From Treponemataceae bacterium (GTDB taxonomy: Bacteria; Spirochaetota; Spirochaetia; Treponematales; Rectinemataceae): a stretch of 64,000 bases of DNA. Position numbers and translations under genes: made by a program. Below, piece by piece: positions 9,914-19,356 of the stretch. The notes below the pieces were generated by a model. It was not told where the DNA came from, searched no databases, and was given only the letters and a program-made list of their open reading frames with translations. The DNA lies in NCBI GenBank assembly GCA_963667725.2, contig CAXXHO010000003.1, positions 416,001 to 480,000 on the forward strand. The letters run 5' to 3'. Position 1 is the stretch's first letter. Each line of letters starts with the position of its first letter.

Positions 9914-10870
9914 ATGAACGAAGTAAGCTCCATACCTCTCTATCCGGAATTCGCCCCGATCGCGCTTCCGATGATCGATCAAATGCATCCATCCCTCAAT
10001 CTGCTTAAGGACGGGATATCTGAATTCACTTTCTCGAACCTTTATCTATTCAGACATACCTACGACTACAGAGTGGCGAGGCTTCCCGGGGAAGGTGTCG
10101 TCATAAAAGGGACAAAGGAAGGAAAGACCTTTTTCTACCTCCCCTGCTGCATGTCGGATAAACAGATTTTCGATGAGCTGATGCTTAGCCATGATTACAT
10201 GAAGAATCTTTCCGATTCGCAGGCCGCCTTGCATCGCATAGAGCTTGAGGCAAGAGGCTATATAGTCCAGGAAGACAGGGATAATTTTGACTATCTCTAT
10301 TTCAGGAAAGACCTTGCCGAGCTTTCAGGACGCGAGTATCACAAGAAGAGAAACCTCGTGAACGGTTTCATAAGCTCCTATGAATGCGAACAGAAGCCCC
10401 TGAAAAAGGATAACGTATGCGACGCCATCGCCGTGCTCGATGAATGGAGGGCGGCCAAAGGCGTCGACGGGGATTATCGGGCGGCCCGCGAAGGCCTCGA
10501 GCTTTTTGAGGAATTGGGCATGAGGGGAGCTGTTTATTACATTCAGAATGAACCGGTCGGCTGGTGTCTCGGCGAGCCACTCTCCAAGGGAACGATGTTC
10601 GCCGTGCATTTCGAAAAGGCGAGCGAACGTTTCAAGGGCATCTATCAATTCATCAACCAGGCCTTCGCGCAGTCTTTGCCGGCATATTTCAAGCTGATCA
10701 ATCGCGAGCAGGATCTGGGCAACGAGGGACTGAGACAGGCCAAGATGACCTACAGACCCTGCGGTTTCGTGAGCAAATATCGGATCATCCATCCAGATAA
10801 AGTGGAGTTCAAGCCTCTGGACGTGGCTGAACCGGCTGAGTGCGGGCCGGGAACGATACATGCCGGCTGA
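9914..10870 (+). CDS. Stand-alone DUF2156 domain protein (soluble aminoacyl-phosphatidylglycerol-synthase-like GNAT fold)
   Basis: SEFTFSNLY, DRDNFDYLY...LAELSGREYHKKRN, HFEKA, GIYQFIN, INREQDLG..GLRQAKMTYRP; no TM domain. Confidence 0.85.
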   Translation: MNEVSSIPLYPEFAPIALPMIDQMHPSLNLLKDGISEFTFSNLYLFRHTYDYRVARLPGEGVVIKGTKEGKTFFYLPCCMSDKQIFDELMLSHDYMKNLSDSQAALHRIELEARGYIVQEDRDNFDYLYFRKDLAELSGREYHKKRNLVNGFISSYECEQKPLKKDNVCDAIAVLDEWRAAKGVDGDYRAAREGLELFEELGMRGAVYYIQNEPVGWCLGEPLSKGTMFAVHFEKASERFKGIYQFINQAFAQSLPAYFKLINREQDLGNEGLRQAKMTYRPCGFVSKYRIIHPDKVEFKPLDVAEPAECGPGTIHAG

Positions 10871-11924
10871 TCTACTTTCCCTCGTCGGAACCGGTCATGA
10901 AGCCGCTTTAGAAAAACGGGAAGCCCTCACGCGAGAACTTCTCGCCTCGGCGCCTTTTGGGCTTGAGAAGAAAACCTGCTGCCTTACGCTTTTGGCGGGA
11001 GCCGGGACTCGTTGGGTGAAAAGCCTCTCCCTGGCCAAGGCCGGGCTGGGCGGGAAGTTGTGCGACACCGATGCCGACCAGACGGTCCGATTCCCTCTGG
11101 ATGCTCCCCGCGGTCTTTTTCCCGTACGCAACTTCATATCGGCCGAACCTTCGAGAATACCCATGGCGGCCTACGCCCTCGATGCGGTGAAAGGACTGGG
11201 CCGCCACGTCATCGTCATAAGGGGCTGGGAAGCGGAAATACGCTCAGGTATCATAGACGCGCTCGGCATCGACGGCGAATCGGTGAAATTCTGCACGCAG
11301 AAGGAAGGACCTTCGGGGAAAGTGCTGGGCCATGGCGACGCGGCCAGGCAGTCCAGGGAACTGTGGCGGGATTCCTCTTATGTCATCGCCAATTTCGGAG
11401 GCGACGCGAATTCGCCGCTGACGGTGGCCGCGAGCCTTCTCGCGATGGCCCGGCTGGATGAGCTCGGCGAGAACGTAGGCCTCCTGCTTCCCGTGGCGAA
11501 GATAAAAAATCCAGCCTATCGGGTAATACTCGATGAGAGAGGTCTCCCGCGGGCTTTTGAACACAATAAACTTGGCGGGATGACAGCCGGGAGGCTGCCT
11601 CCGTCCGAAGGTTATACGAACGTGGGAATACGCGTCTACAGGACGGAAGCTTTATCGGCCGCGGTGGATGAGATCGAAAGCTCCTATTGGCGGAAAGAAT
11701 ACGGCTATTTGATTCCGGGCAACGATCCCGAAGCCCATGAATTCGCCCTGGACAATGTCGACGCTCTATTGGCTCGACGGGGCGAGGCGAGAATCCTGGC
11801 CATCGCGAAGGCCGAGGAATTGACGCCCGCTAAAAGTTTCGATGAGATCGCGAATTTTGAAGATGCCGCGAAAGGCGTCAGAGCCGAATGGACGAAATTC
11901 CTATCAGCCGCCGATTCCCAATAA
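10860..11924 (+). CDS. Nucleotidyltransferase-like protein resembling the GlmU N-terminal domain, no hexapeptide acetyltransferase domain
   Basis: LLAGAGTRW, PRGLFPV, Q...LGHGDAA, FGGD, TNVGIRVY, E..LD line up by eye with GlmU pyrophosphorylase motifs. Confidence 0.55.
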   Translation: MPADLLSLVGTGHEAALEKREALTRELLASAPFGLEKKTCCLTLLAGAGTRWVKSLSLAKAGLGGKLCDTDADQTVRFPLDAPRGLFPVRNFISAEPSRIPMAAYALDAVKGLGRHVIVIRGWEAEIRSGIIDALGIDGESVKFCTQKEGPSGKVLGHGDAARQSRELWRDSSYVIANFGGDANSPLTVAASLLAMARLDELGENVGLLLPVAKIKNPAYRVILDERGLPRAFEHNKLGGMTAGRLPPSEGYTNVGIRVYRTEALSAAVDEIESSYWRKEYGYLIPGNDPEAHEFALDNVDALLARRGEARILAIAKAEELTPAKSFDEIANFEDAAKGVRAEWTKFLSAADSQ

Positions 11925-12440
11925 TCTTCTGACAGCGGGGCCTGCGAGCGCGTTGAACAGCCCCGAACCGAGTATTGCCCAAAGCGCGTTTATTTTCGTG
12001 AAAGCGGCGATGGCGAATGCCCCGAGCCCGAGAGCGAGAAGAACCGGATCGGCGGAAGAAGGCTTCAGCGCCCATAGCGTCATGATCATCATGGCTGTGC
12101 TGCCGGTCCTCAGCGATTCGTTGATGGCAAGCTTGTCCAGCTTCACCCGCCGCGCGAGAAGTGTGGTGGTCACGATGGCCATGACCGGAAAAGCCACGAC
12201 GGCGAGCGTTCCCGCCAACGCGGAGAAGAATCCGCCGTGTTCCCAGCCTATCATCGTGGCCGCGTTGAGAGCGATCGGGCCAGGCGTCGACTGGGCGATG
12301 GCGATGAGGGAGCGGAAATCGGTTTCGCTCAACCAATTAGGGACTACTTCGTTTTTAATGATGCCGACGGTCGACCAACCGCCGCCGAAAGAGATGATGC
12401 CGACCTTGAAGAAAGTCCAGATTATTTCGAGCGTTTGCAT
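11904..12440 (-). CDS. chrA: Short-chain chromate transporter (CHR family), second subunit
   Basis: FFKVGIISFGGG, AQSTPGPIALN.AT..G. Confidence 0.85.
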   Translation of the reverse strand: MQTLEIIWTFFKVGIISFGGGWSTVGIIKNEVVPNWLSETDFRSLIAIAQSTPGPIALNAATMIGWEHGGFFSALAGTLAVVAFPVMAIVTTTLLARRVKLDKLAINESLRTGSTAMMIMTLWALKPSSADPVLLALGLGAFAIAAFTKINALWAILGSGLFNALAGPAVRRLLGIGG

Positions 12441-13015
12441 GGTCCCTCGATGCAGTAAAGCATGGCTATGGCAGCCAGCAGAATGGGAAGGCTGTATGCT
12501 GGCAGGAAGACGAGCACAAAGGCGAGCGCGATGGTCTCGACGATCCTGAGTACCGTCCAGGCCCTTTTGGTGGCTGTTTTATAGATCATCGCGGCGACGA
12601 GGCCGGGAACGACAGCGCCGGCTCCTTCGAGAAAGCGCTGGACGGCGGGAAGCGAACCTATCTTGGCCAGCGCGCCGCTCACGAGAATCAGGGCGAGGAA
12701 GGGCGGAAGCACCACGCCGAAAAAAGCGGCGACGGCGCCTTTCCATCCGCAGAGCCGGAGGGAGACGAGAAGGGCGGAGCTTAGCGCGAGCGGTCCGGGA
12801 AAGGCTTGGGCGCGCGCGAATATGTCGTAGAAATCCTTTTCGGCCATCCATCCTTTTTTCTCAAGGCTGGTCGCCATGACGGGCACGATTACATATCCGC
12901 CGCCCAGGGTGACTGAGTTTATTTTCGCCAGAAGCCAGAATAAACCGGCTGGCGTCGGATCCTTTGGCTTTTCGAGAAGAGGTTCATCGTTCGTGACAGG
13001 TGTTTTCGTCTTCAT
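12422..13015 (-). CDS. chrA: Short-chain chromate transporter (CHR family), first subunit
   Basis: KINSVTLGGGY, AQAFPGPLA, GVVLPPF; tandem pair typical of short-chain CHR. Confidence 0.85.
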   Translation of the reverse strand: MKTKTPVTNDEPLLEKPKDPTPAGLFWLLAKINSVTLGGGYVIVPVMATSLEKKGWMAEKDFYDIFARAQAFPGPLALSSALLVSLRLCGWKGAVAAFFGVVLPPFLALILVSGALAKIGSLPAVQRFLEGAGAVVPGLVAAMIYKTATKRAWTVLRIVETIALAFVLVFLPAYSLPILLAAIAMLYCIEGPCKRSK

Positions 13016-13042
13016 TGGAAATCCTTGGCGCAGTATAGCGGT

Positions 13043-16000
13043 TCATGCATGTTCCTGTCCAATGCCCAAGGAGGCCTGATGGGCGAGATGGAGCAGATCT
13101 TCGTCGGAAATGGCCGAGTCCATCCAGGTGAGGCTGGAACTTCTTAGCCAGTAGAGACCGATCCTTGTTTTTTTGCCGGGAATTATGTTTTCCGCAGCTC
13201 TCCTGTAAATATCCAGCTGGACCGCGTGGCGGGAAGGAGCCTCTTCGGAATCCGATTTAAAATCGATGACGGTGACCTCGTCCCCTGTTTCGATCAGGAG
13301 ATCCATCCGGCCTTCGACGATAAAGTCGCCCAATTTGAGCAGGAAGGGTTTTTCGCTCGTCATCTCGGCGCCGGCGGGCAGGGATTTCCAGAAATCGCTG
13401 GACAGGAAATCGACCGCCATGGATGTCGCAAGTTCGGTGGCCCTGGCGATATCAGAGGGCGAGAGGTCGCGAACGAGGTCTTTGGATGGCGCAAAGCCCG
13501 AAACCGTACCGGTTTTTATAGCCTGTTCCACGGCATCGTGACAGAGCGTGCCGAATATTTTAGGCGGAAGGGGCGATTGATCGCCGGGGGCGGCGAGGGC
13601 TGTGGCGGGAGCGTGAGCGTAGGCGGGCGCGGGTATGCCCGCGGGTTGGGACGTCCTTATTTCGCGCTGGGGGCGCTCGAGCTCGGTGGCTTTGAGATGG
13701 CGGCGGGAGAAACTCTTGCCAAGAATTTTCGCCTCACAATAGGCTTGGGCGAAGTCGCTCAACGACGGCTTCACTCGTCCCTTGTACCAATGGCGCACAT
13801 CGTCGACTGTCCTCGGCGCGAGAAGGATCTTTTTCAGCCGCGCGGATGCCTGCGCTTCAATAGCCGTCCCGGACCTGTCTTGATCCCGGCTATCCCGCAT
13901 CGCGCAGTAGTTTTCCAGATAGTAGAGGAAAGAATTGCCTGCCGTATCGCCGCGTTTCTGCCGCTTCCCGAAGAAGAAAAGGTGATCCTCGGCTCTCGTA
14001 CAGGCGACGTAGAGAAGACGTTTTATTTCGGCGACGCTCATGTCGTTCTCCAGATTTTTGGCGAGCCTGAAGAAGATATTGTTCGCCTTCGCGCCGGGTT
14101 TATCGTAGGGCTTTATATCCAGGGCGAGCCCCTCGGGCAGCATTTCCCAAATCGCCTGGCCGCGTTTTGTCGATCCGGAGTTTTCCGCCCATGGCAGGAT
14201 GACGACGGGGAACTGCAGCCCCTTCGATTTGTGGATGGTTAGTATTTTCACGCCGGAAGCATTGCTTCTCGGGACGTTCTCGATATCGAACTTGTCCGTC
14301 TCGCCTTCGATATAGGGGCGAAGCTTCGCGAGAAAATCGGCGATGCCTCCATGCTCGCGGTCTATGCCGGCCGCCATGTGAAAGAGGTAATCGAAATGCT
14401 CCAGGAAGGGATGGGATTCGGGACGGGAAAGAATGGCCAGTCTGAGGCCGCCGCGGTTCCATACGTACTCCACGATATCCGAGACGGGATTCGAGACGAT
14501 CGATGTCCTGAACTCCGCGAAGAAGGCTTTGGCTCTGTCGAGCATCGCGGAATCGTGGTCGGAAGAGGCTTCCAGCTCGAAAGCCGCGCCCGCCGATGTC
14601 ATGAGTTCCAGGAAGGCTTGATCCGACACTCCGCAGAGCGGCGATCGAAGCACGGCCGCGTAGGCCGCATTGTCTCCCGGGTCCAGGGCATAGCTGAGAA
14701 TGCTGTAGATATCGTTCGCGGGAGATTCCCTGAACAGACTGCGGGGACTCTCGGAATCGAAGGGAATGTCGAGGAGGCGCAGATATTTTTCGAGCCTATG
14801 CTGATTGGTCGTGGTTCTGAGAAGGACGGCGAAATCGCCGTAGTCGGCCATCCTGGCCTCATCCTCCGATGCGGAATCTTTCGCCGGTCTGAGTTCCATA
14901 GTGCCGCGCGATCGCTTTATGAATTGAGCGATTTCGAAGGCTAGACTGTCGTCGGCGCCCAAGGGTTCCGAGCCAGATCTTCCCTCGATCGGATCGTCGG
15001 AAGGGTCCTGCGTTTCCTCGCTAGTCTCCTTATCTTCCTCGGCAGCGGGCAAAAGAAAATACTCGATTCTCGCGCCGGAAGAATCGGCTTGGGCCTGGGG
15101 CTTGGTCTGGGGACGGCCGGGCTCCATGTTCGCATAACGCGCGTGGAAATCATTCGGGCTTCGCTGCGTCTCATCGCTCTTCGACATATCGTCCTTCGAG
15201 CCTTCGGACATCACGAAAGCGAAGAAATCGTTGAAAAAACCGATGAGGGGAGGGGAACTCCGGTAATTGGCAGATAAGACGATATCGCCGGACAAGTCTT
15301 CCGACAATTCCCTGGAAAGACGCTTGAAGACGGCGACGTCAGCGCCCCTGAAGCGATATATGGACTGTTTCTCGTCACCGACGAAGAAGAGCTTGCCCGG
15401 TTCGAGTTCCTCTGGGCTGGGAATTCCATCTGAAGCGTTTTCTCGTTTTTCGGCGAGCAGATAGAGGAGGTTTTTCTGAAGCTCGTTGTTGTCCTGGAAC
15501 TCATCGATCATGATGCTTTCGATGGCGCCCTTCCAGTATGCCCTTATGTCCTTGCGGCGCTTCAATGCATGGACGGCGCAGGCGCCGAGATCCTTGAAAT
15601 CCATGAGGTCAGCCAGACGTTTCGCCTCGGCGACTTCCGAGGCGAATTCGTCCAGCCTGTCGAAAAGCGAGCAGTGGGAGGGGAATGCCGTCTGGTATTC
15701 GGCGAAATCCAGAAGGTTGCGCGCTTCTTCCCTGGCTTCCTTCGCGATGGCCTTGATGGATTGCTCGGCTTCGCTTCTGCCGTATGATCGCATCGCGAGT
15801 TCGGTGAAGGCGTCGAAATGCCGTGAAAAGAACGATAGGGCAGGTGCTGTGGACGGGCTGCGGCCTATGGCTTCGATAAAGGCCAACGAACAGGCAACGG
15901 CCGAGGCGCAGTCAGCCCTGGGGGCTGGGGCGCCGGTTGAGAGGGCGACGATATCTTTGGCCATGGCGGCGAGGCGTTTGAATGCAGCGTCCGCCTTTTC

Positions 16001-16597
16001 GGCGGCCATTGTCCTGAGTGAATCCTTCATGAGCGAAAACTGCTTTTCGGCGAGAGCGAGCGGGGTTATGTAGCGTGAGCCGAGGTCGCCGAAAAGGCGG
16101 GCGGCCACTTCATCGAAGGGAAATGACTTCAGGATTTCCCTTATGCCCGGTTTATCCCTGTTTCGCAGCACATAACGATAGGCGATGCTCCTGGCGAGAT
16201 CGGCCGACTTTTCCGCGTCGATCTTGAACTCGGGACTGTATCCGAAATCCCGGGCGGCCTGGCGGACAATTTCCGCGCAGAAGGCGTCGAGCGTGGTGAT
16301 GTGGTTGTTCTGGAATTCGTCCAGCTGCTCGCGCGCCCCGGGCGATGTCTGGGCGGCCAATTCGCCGTAGATGCGTTCATACATTTCGGCGGCCGCTTTT
16401 CGCGTGAAGGTGAGGGCGAGGATAGAGCGGACGGGAAGTTTTTTCTCGACGACGAGGTGAATGTAGCGCGACGCCAGCACAGTCGTCTTGCCGGCTCCCG
16501 CCCCGGCAGTCACGACGCAATTGCGTTCGGCCATCGCCGCCGTCCTCTGCCGCTCATCGAGCTTTTCGAGATACAATGGATACTGGGCCGGGTTCAT
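13043..16597 (-). CDS. addA: AddA-like UvrD helicase with C-terminal RecB-type nuclease
   Basis: AGAGAGKT, LTFTRKAA.EM, IDEFQD, VGDEKQSIYRFRGA, NYRS, TIHKSKGLQF, YVACTRA; nuclease E..GRMD..IDFK..QL..Y; ATG 16597 overlaps the addB stop. Confidence 0.85.
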   Translation of the reverse strand: MNPAQYPLYLEKLDERQRTAAMAERNCVVTAGAGAGKTTVLASRYIHLVVEKKLPVRSILALTFTRKAAAEMYERIYGELAAQTSPGAREQLDEFQNNHITTLDAFCAEIVRQAARDFGYSPEFKIDAEKSADLARSIAYRYVLRNRDKPGIREILKSFPFDEVAARLFGDLGSRYITPLALAEKQFSLMKDSLRTMAAEKADAAFKRLAAMAKDIVALSTGAPAPRADCASAVACSLAFIEAIGRSPSTAPALSFFSRHFDAFTELAMRSYGRSEAEQSIKAIAKEAREEARNLLDFAEYQTAFPSHCSLFDRLDEFASEVAEAKRLADLMDFKDLGACAVHALKRRKDIRAYWKGAIESIMIDEFQDNNELQKNLLYLLAEKRENASDGIPSPEELEPGKLFFVGDEKQSIYRFRGADVAVFKRLSRELSEDLSGDIVLSANYRSSPPLIGFFNDFFAFVMSEGSKDDMSKSDETQRSPNDFHARYANMEPGRPQTKPQAQADSSGARIEYFLLPAAEEDKETSEETQDPSDDPIEGRSGSEPLGADDSLAFEIAQFIKRSRGTMELRPAKDSASEDEARMADYGDFAVLLRTTTNQHRLEKYLRLLDIPFDSESPRSLFRESPANDIYSILSYALDPGDNAAYAAVLRSPLCGVSDQAFLELMTSAGAAFELEASSDHDSAMLDRAKAFFAEFRTSIVSNPVSDIVEYVWNRGGLRLAILSRPESHPFLEHFDYLFHMAAGIDREHGGIADFLAKLRPYIEGETDKFDIENVPRSNASGVKILTIHKSKGLQFPVVILPWAENSGSTKRGQAIWEMLPEGLALDIKPYDKPGAKANNIFFRLAKNLENDMSVAEIKRLLYVACTRAEDHLFFFGKRQKRGDTAGNSFLYYLENYCAMRDSRDQDRSGTAIEAQASARLKKILLAPRTVDDVRHWYKGRVKPSLSDFAQAYCEAKILGKSFSRRHLKATELERPQREIRTSQPAGIPAPAYAHAPATALAAPGDQSPLPPKIFGTLCHDAVEQAIKTGTVSGFAPSKDLVRDLSPSDIARATELATSMAVDFLSSDFWKSLPAGAEMTSEKPFLLKLGDFIVEGRMDLLIETGDEVTVIDFKSDSEEAPSRHAVQLDIYRRAAENIIPGKKTRIGLYWLRSSSLTWMDSAISDEDLLHLAHQASLGIGQEHA

Positions 16598-19356
16598 AGA
16601 CGCTCCGATGAGAAATGAGCCCTGCAGATAGGGCGCATTGGGCACGCGGCGCAGCTCGCGGGCGATGGCGTTATGGACAGGAAGGATCCATCCTTGATGA
16701 TTCCCGACGCTTTTCGCAGCGCCACAGCGAGAGCCTCGCGTTCCGGATCGAATTCTTCGCGGCTGGGTCGGCAGCCCCCAGGCCCGAAAACGACGACAGC
16801 CTTGCTTTCCTCGATGGACCAGTAAAGGGCCAGTTCCACGGATTCCCCTTCGCCTTCCAGTATCGCCGCATAACTCGCTATCTGGAAATCGCCGAGTTCG
16901 CCGTTTTGATTGACGAGAAACTCCTTTTTTTTGGGTGTGCTGTTTTTTTTGTAGTCGATGATGGCGCATTCCTCACCGCGCGGGGTCGCCGGATCGCCGC
17001 TTCCCTGTTTTCTGGAAATCCTGTCCGCTCGCCCTTCGAGCGATAAACCCAGTTCCTCGAACTTTCTGGCCAGAGGTATTTCGAAATCGCCTATCGACCA
17101 TCCATCGGCCTTGAAGCCGGTCTCGAAATCCAGGATCCTCGCTATCCTGTCGCGGATTTTCGGCAGGGCAGCCTCCATGGCGGGTTCTACGGCAGGTCCG
17201 TTTTGCCTCATTACCTGCCTAAGCGCTTGCCTGAAGGCCGAGTCAATCCATCCTTCATATTCGTCTTTCCTTGCGGCCGAGAAACCGCCATCCTTGAGCG
17301 CGATATCCTGGAGAAGGCTTCTGATAAGGGCGTGGGTCAGCGAGCCTTCGGTTATGTTGGCGACGGCCGAAGGTCCTTTATCGATATCGGGTACGCAGGT
17401 CAGGAACCATTTGAAGGGGCACTGCATCAGGTTCTTGAGCTTCCCAGGCGAAATCTTGAAAAGCGGAGCTGCGTTGCACGAGGGAAGCTTGAGAAGTTGG
17501 GCGGAATCGAGTTTCCGCCCGCCCTTAGCCGGAGATAGAACGCGTTGGTCGCCGGTCCTCATTGCCGAGAAGCAATCCATGGCAGCGTTCTTTCTATCAG
17601 CTGGAAGTTGTGCGGGCAAGTCGCCGGCCGCTGAATCGCGCCACGCGCGCGATTCAGCGGCGTCGGCGAGCTCTGGAATCTGATCCGCCCCGATTTTTGC
17701 CTGCCTCGCGCCTTTACGCAGAAAGTAGGGGTGGGGAACCGAATATCCCGCTAAGCCTTTTTCGGCGTGGCAGTATACGGCGTTCACCGCGTTGAAGGAG
17801 GACAGCAGCGCTTCGCTGACATCGGGTTCATTCAGCTGCCCGCGCATTTCTTTGGGAACGCGTGAAAAATGTCCAAGTGCGGGTTCCAGGGAATCCTGGG
17901 ATACGTCCATGACGAAATGGACCGGAGTGGCGATGAGCATTCCAATGTGGTAGGGGAATACCGAAATAGCGTTGACCGATTCGTCGTTCGTGTAGCGCGT
18001 AACGTCGAGGGCGAGGAGAAGCGTGTCCAAGGGGCTGGCCGCGAGAGTGGGGTTTCCTATATGGGAATGCCATTGATCCAGGGCATCCAGCTCTTCCAGA
18101 ACGCGTTGTAGGGTGCGGTCAGCCTCCGAATTCGATAGCGGCTTTTCCAGGAAGTTATCCTTGAAATCATGGATGGCGCGGCGAAGCGTGTTGAACGAAC
18201 GAGCGCTCGTCATCGAATGTGCGATCTTGTTCAGGGAAGAATACAGCGAGATCACCTGGCTGCCCGGATCCGGACAGAGTGATAAAGTCTTTTTCCAAAG
18301 ATCTGACATGTACTGTCCGTCGATGGAAAATTCCGGAATGTTGTACCGCGACGCGAAACGGATGAGATCCGAGGCTATGGACTCGTTTTTCCAGATGAAA
18401 GCGCCCCGATCGAAAAGTTTCCGCAAGGTCCTGAGGGAAAAACCTTCGGACGCGGCGCGCGACAATGAGAGAAGAAGCTTGCCGAAAGGATAAGCCGAGA
18501 GCGGCTGCCCTTCGCGGAAATCCATCGGCAGCGCATACTGCTTGGCCAGCGATCGTATGTGCGCCCGTATTTCCGGAGTGGATGCGGGAATGCTCATGGC
18601 GATATCGGCCGGCTGCAGACCGCCATCCAGAAGCGATGCGCAATTCGCCAGCACTGATTGCAGTTCCTCACGAAACGTCTCGAATTTGAACAAGGCCATT
18701 TCGGAAGCGGACTCCGAAAAGATTTCGACGGACAAGAACTTTTTTAGAATTTCTGCCCTTTTATCGTACCTGGGCATGAGCGAAGGTTCGAACAGAATAT
18801 AGCGATTTTTTTCTTCCTTAGCGGGTGAGAGGTGGCTCGATTCGTAGACGCCGTTGTCTTCCAGAAAGCGAGAATATCTTTCCGAAAGCGCCGCATAGTC
18901 GGCTACTTCGTCTTCGTCGATTAAGCAGCCGGGAGGAAGACGGCGCAGCTCGAATGATAGGTCGCGCAACGTTGGCGCCTGTTTCGCGAAAATTGAGGCT
19001 GCCGTCAGCGCCGAGCTCATCCCTGGCTTTACGAGGCCTCGAAGGAAGGGCGTTTTCGACTGCTCTTCCAGGATCAGAAGCCCCCAAAGCAGGCGCAACC
19101 GCGAATCCGCTTTTTTCTTTGCCAGCGGTATGTTCTTTTGCGTTATGCGGTCTATGAAGGTATCCCAGCCGAGGTACCTGTCCTTTTCGATCGCGTCTAT
19201 CCCCGGCTGCCTTAGCGACGCTTCCGCCCAGGAGTCGGCGGAAACCTGCGTGGGAAATACGAAATAGGTGTTTCTATCCTTCACATGATCGGAGATTTTC
19301 TTCGCGATCGCGCTTTCCCGGACCGTCCCCGGCGATACCTTCGAATATTCAGTCAT
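16594..19356 (-). CDS. addB: AddB-like protein: degenerate helicase region plus PD-(D/E)xK nuclease with Fe-S cysteines
   Basis: QCPFKW, G.L.H, GRADRI, IIDYKK, Q...Y, CAACPMRPIC; directly upstream of addA; alternative TTG start at 19362. Confidence 0.75.
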   Translation of the reverse strand: MTEYSKVSPGTVRESAIAKKISDHVKDRNTYFVFPTQVSADSWAEASLRQPGIDAIEKDRYLGWDTFIDRITQKNIPLAKKKADSRLRLLWGLLILEEQSKTPFLRGLVKPGMSSALTAASIFAKQAPTLRDLSFELRRLPPGCLIDEDEVADYAALSERYSRFLEDNGVYESSHLSPAKEEKNRYILFEPSLMPRYDKRAEILKKFLSVEIFSESASEMALFKFETFREELQSVLANCASLLDGGLQPADIAMSIPASTPEIRAHIRSLAKQYALPMDFREGQPLSAYPFGKLLLSLSRAASEGFSLRTLRKLFDRGAFIWKNESIASDLIRFASRYNIPEFSIDGQYMSDLWKKTLSLCPDPGSQVISLYSSLNKIAHSMTSARSFNTLRRAIHDFKDNFLEKPLSNSEADRTLQRVLEELDALDQWHSHIGNPTLAASPLDTLLLALDVTRYTNDESVNAISVFPYHIGMLIATPVHFVMDVSQDSLEPALGHFSRVPKEMRGQLNEPDVSEALLSSFNAVNAVYCHAEKGLAGYSVPHPYFLRKGARQAKIGADQIPELADAAESRAWRDSAAGDLPAQLPADRKNAAMDCFSAMRTGDQRVLSPAKGGRKLDSAQLLKLPSCNAAPLFKISPGKLKNLMQCPFKWFLTCVPDIDKGPSAVANITEGSLTHALIRSLLQDIALKDGGFSAARKDEYEGWIDSAFRQALRQVMRQNGPAVEPAMEAALPKIRDRIARILDFETGFKADGWSIGDFEIPLARKFEELGLSLEGRADRISRKQGSGDPATPRGEECAIIDYKKNSTPKKKEFLVNQNGELGDFQIASYAAILEGEGESVELALYWSIEESKAVVVFGPGGCRPSREEFDPEREALAVALRKASGIIKDGSFLSITPSPASCAACPMRPICRAHFSSERL

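Noticed and set aside
16598..16969. 124-aa N-terminal extension of AddA in the ORF track
   Set aside because: It overlaps the addB nuclease domain in another frame; ATG 16597 gives a standard 4-nt overlap and starts just before the helicase Q motif.
13043..19356. Helicase plus nuclease pair as a novel anti-phage system
   Set aside because: The architecture matches housekeeping AddAB (two RecB-type nucleases, Fe-S cysteines in AddB) and there is no defence-island context.
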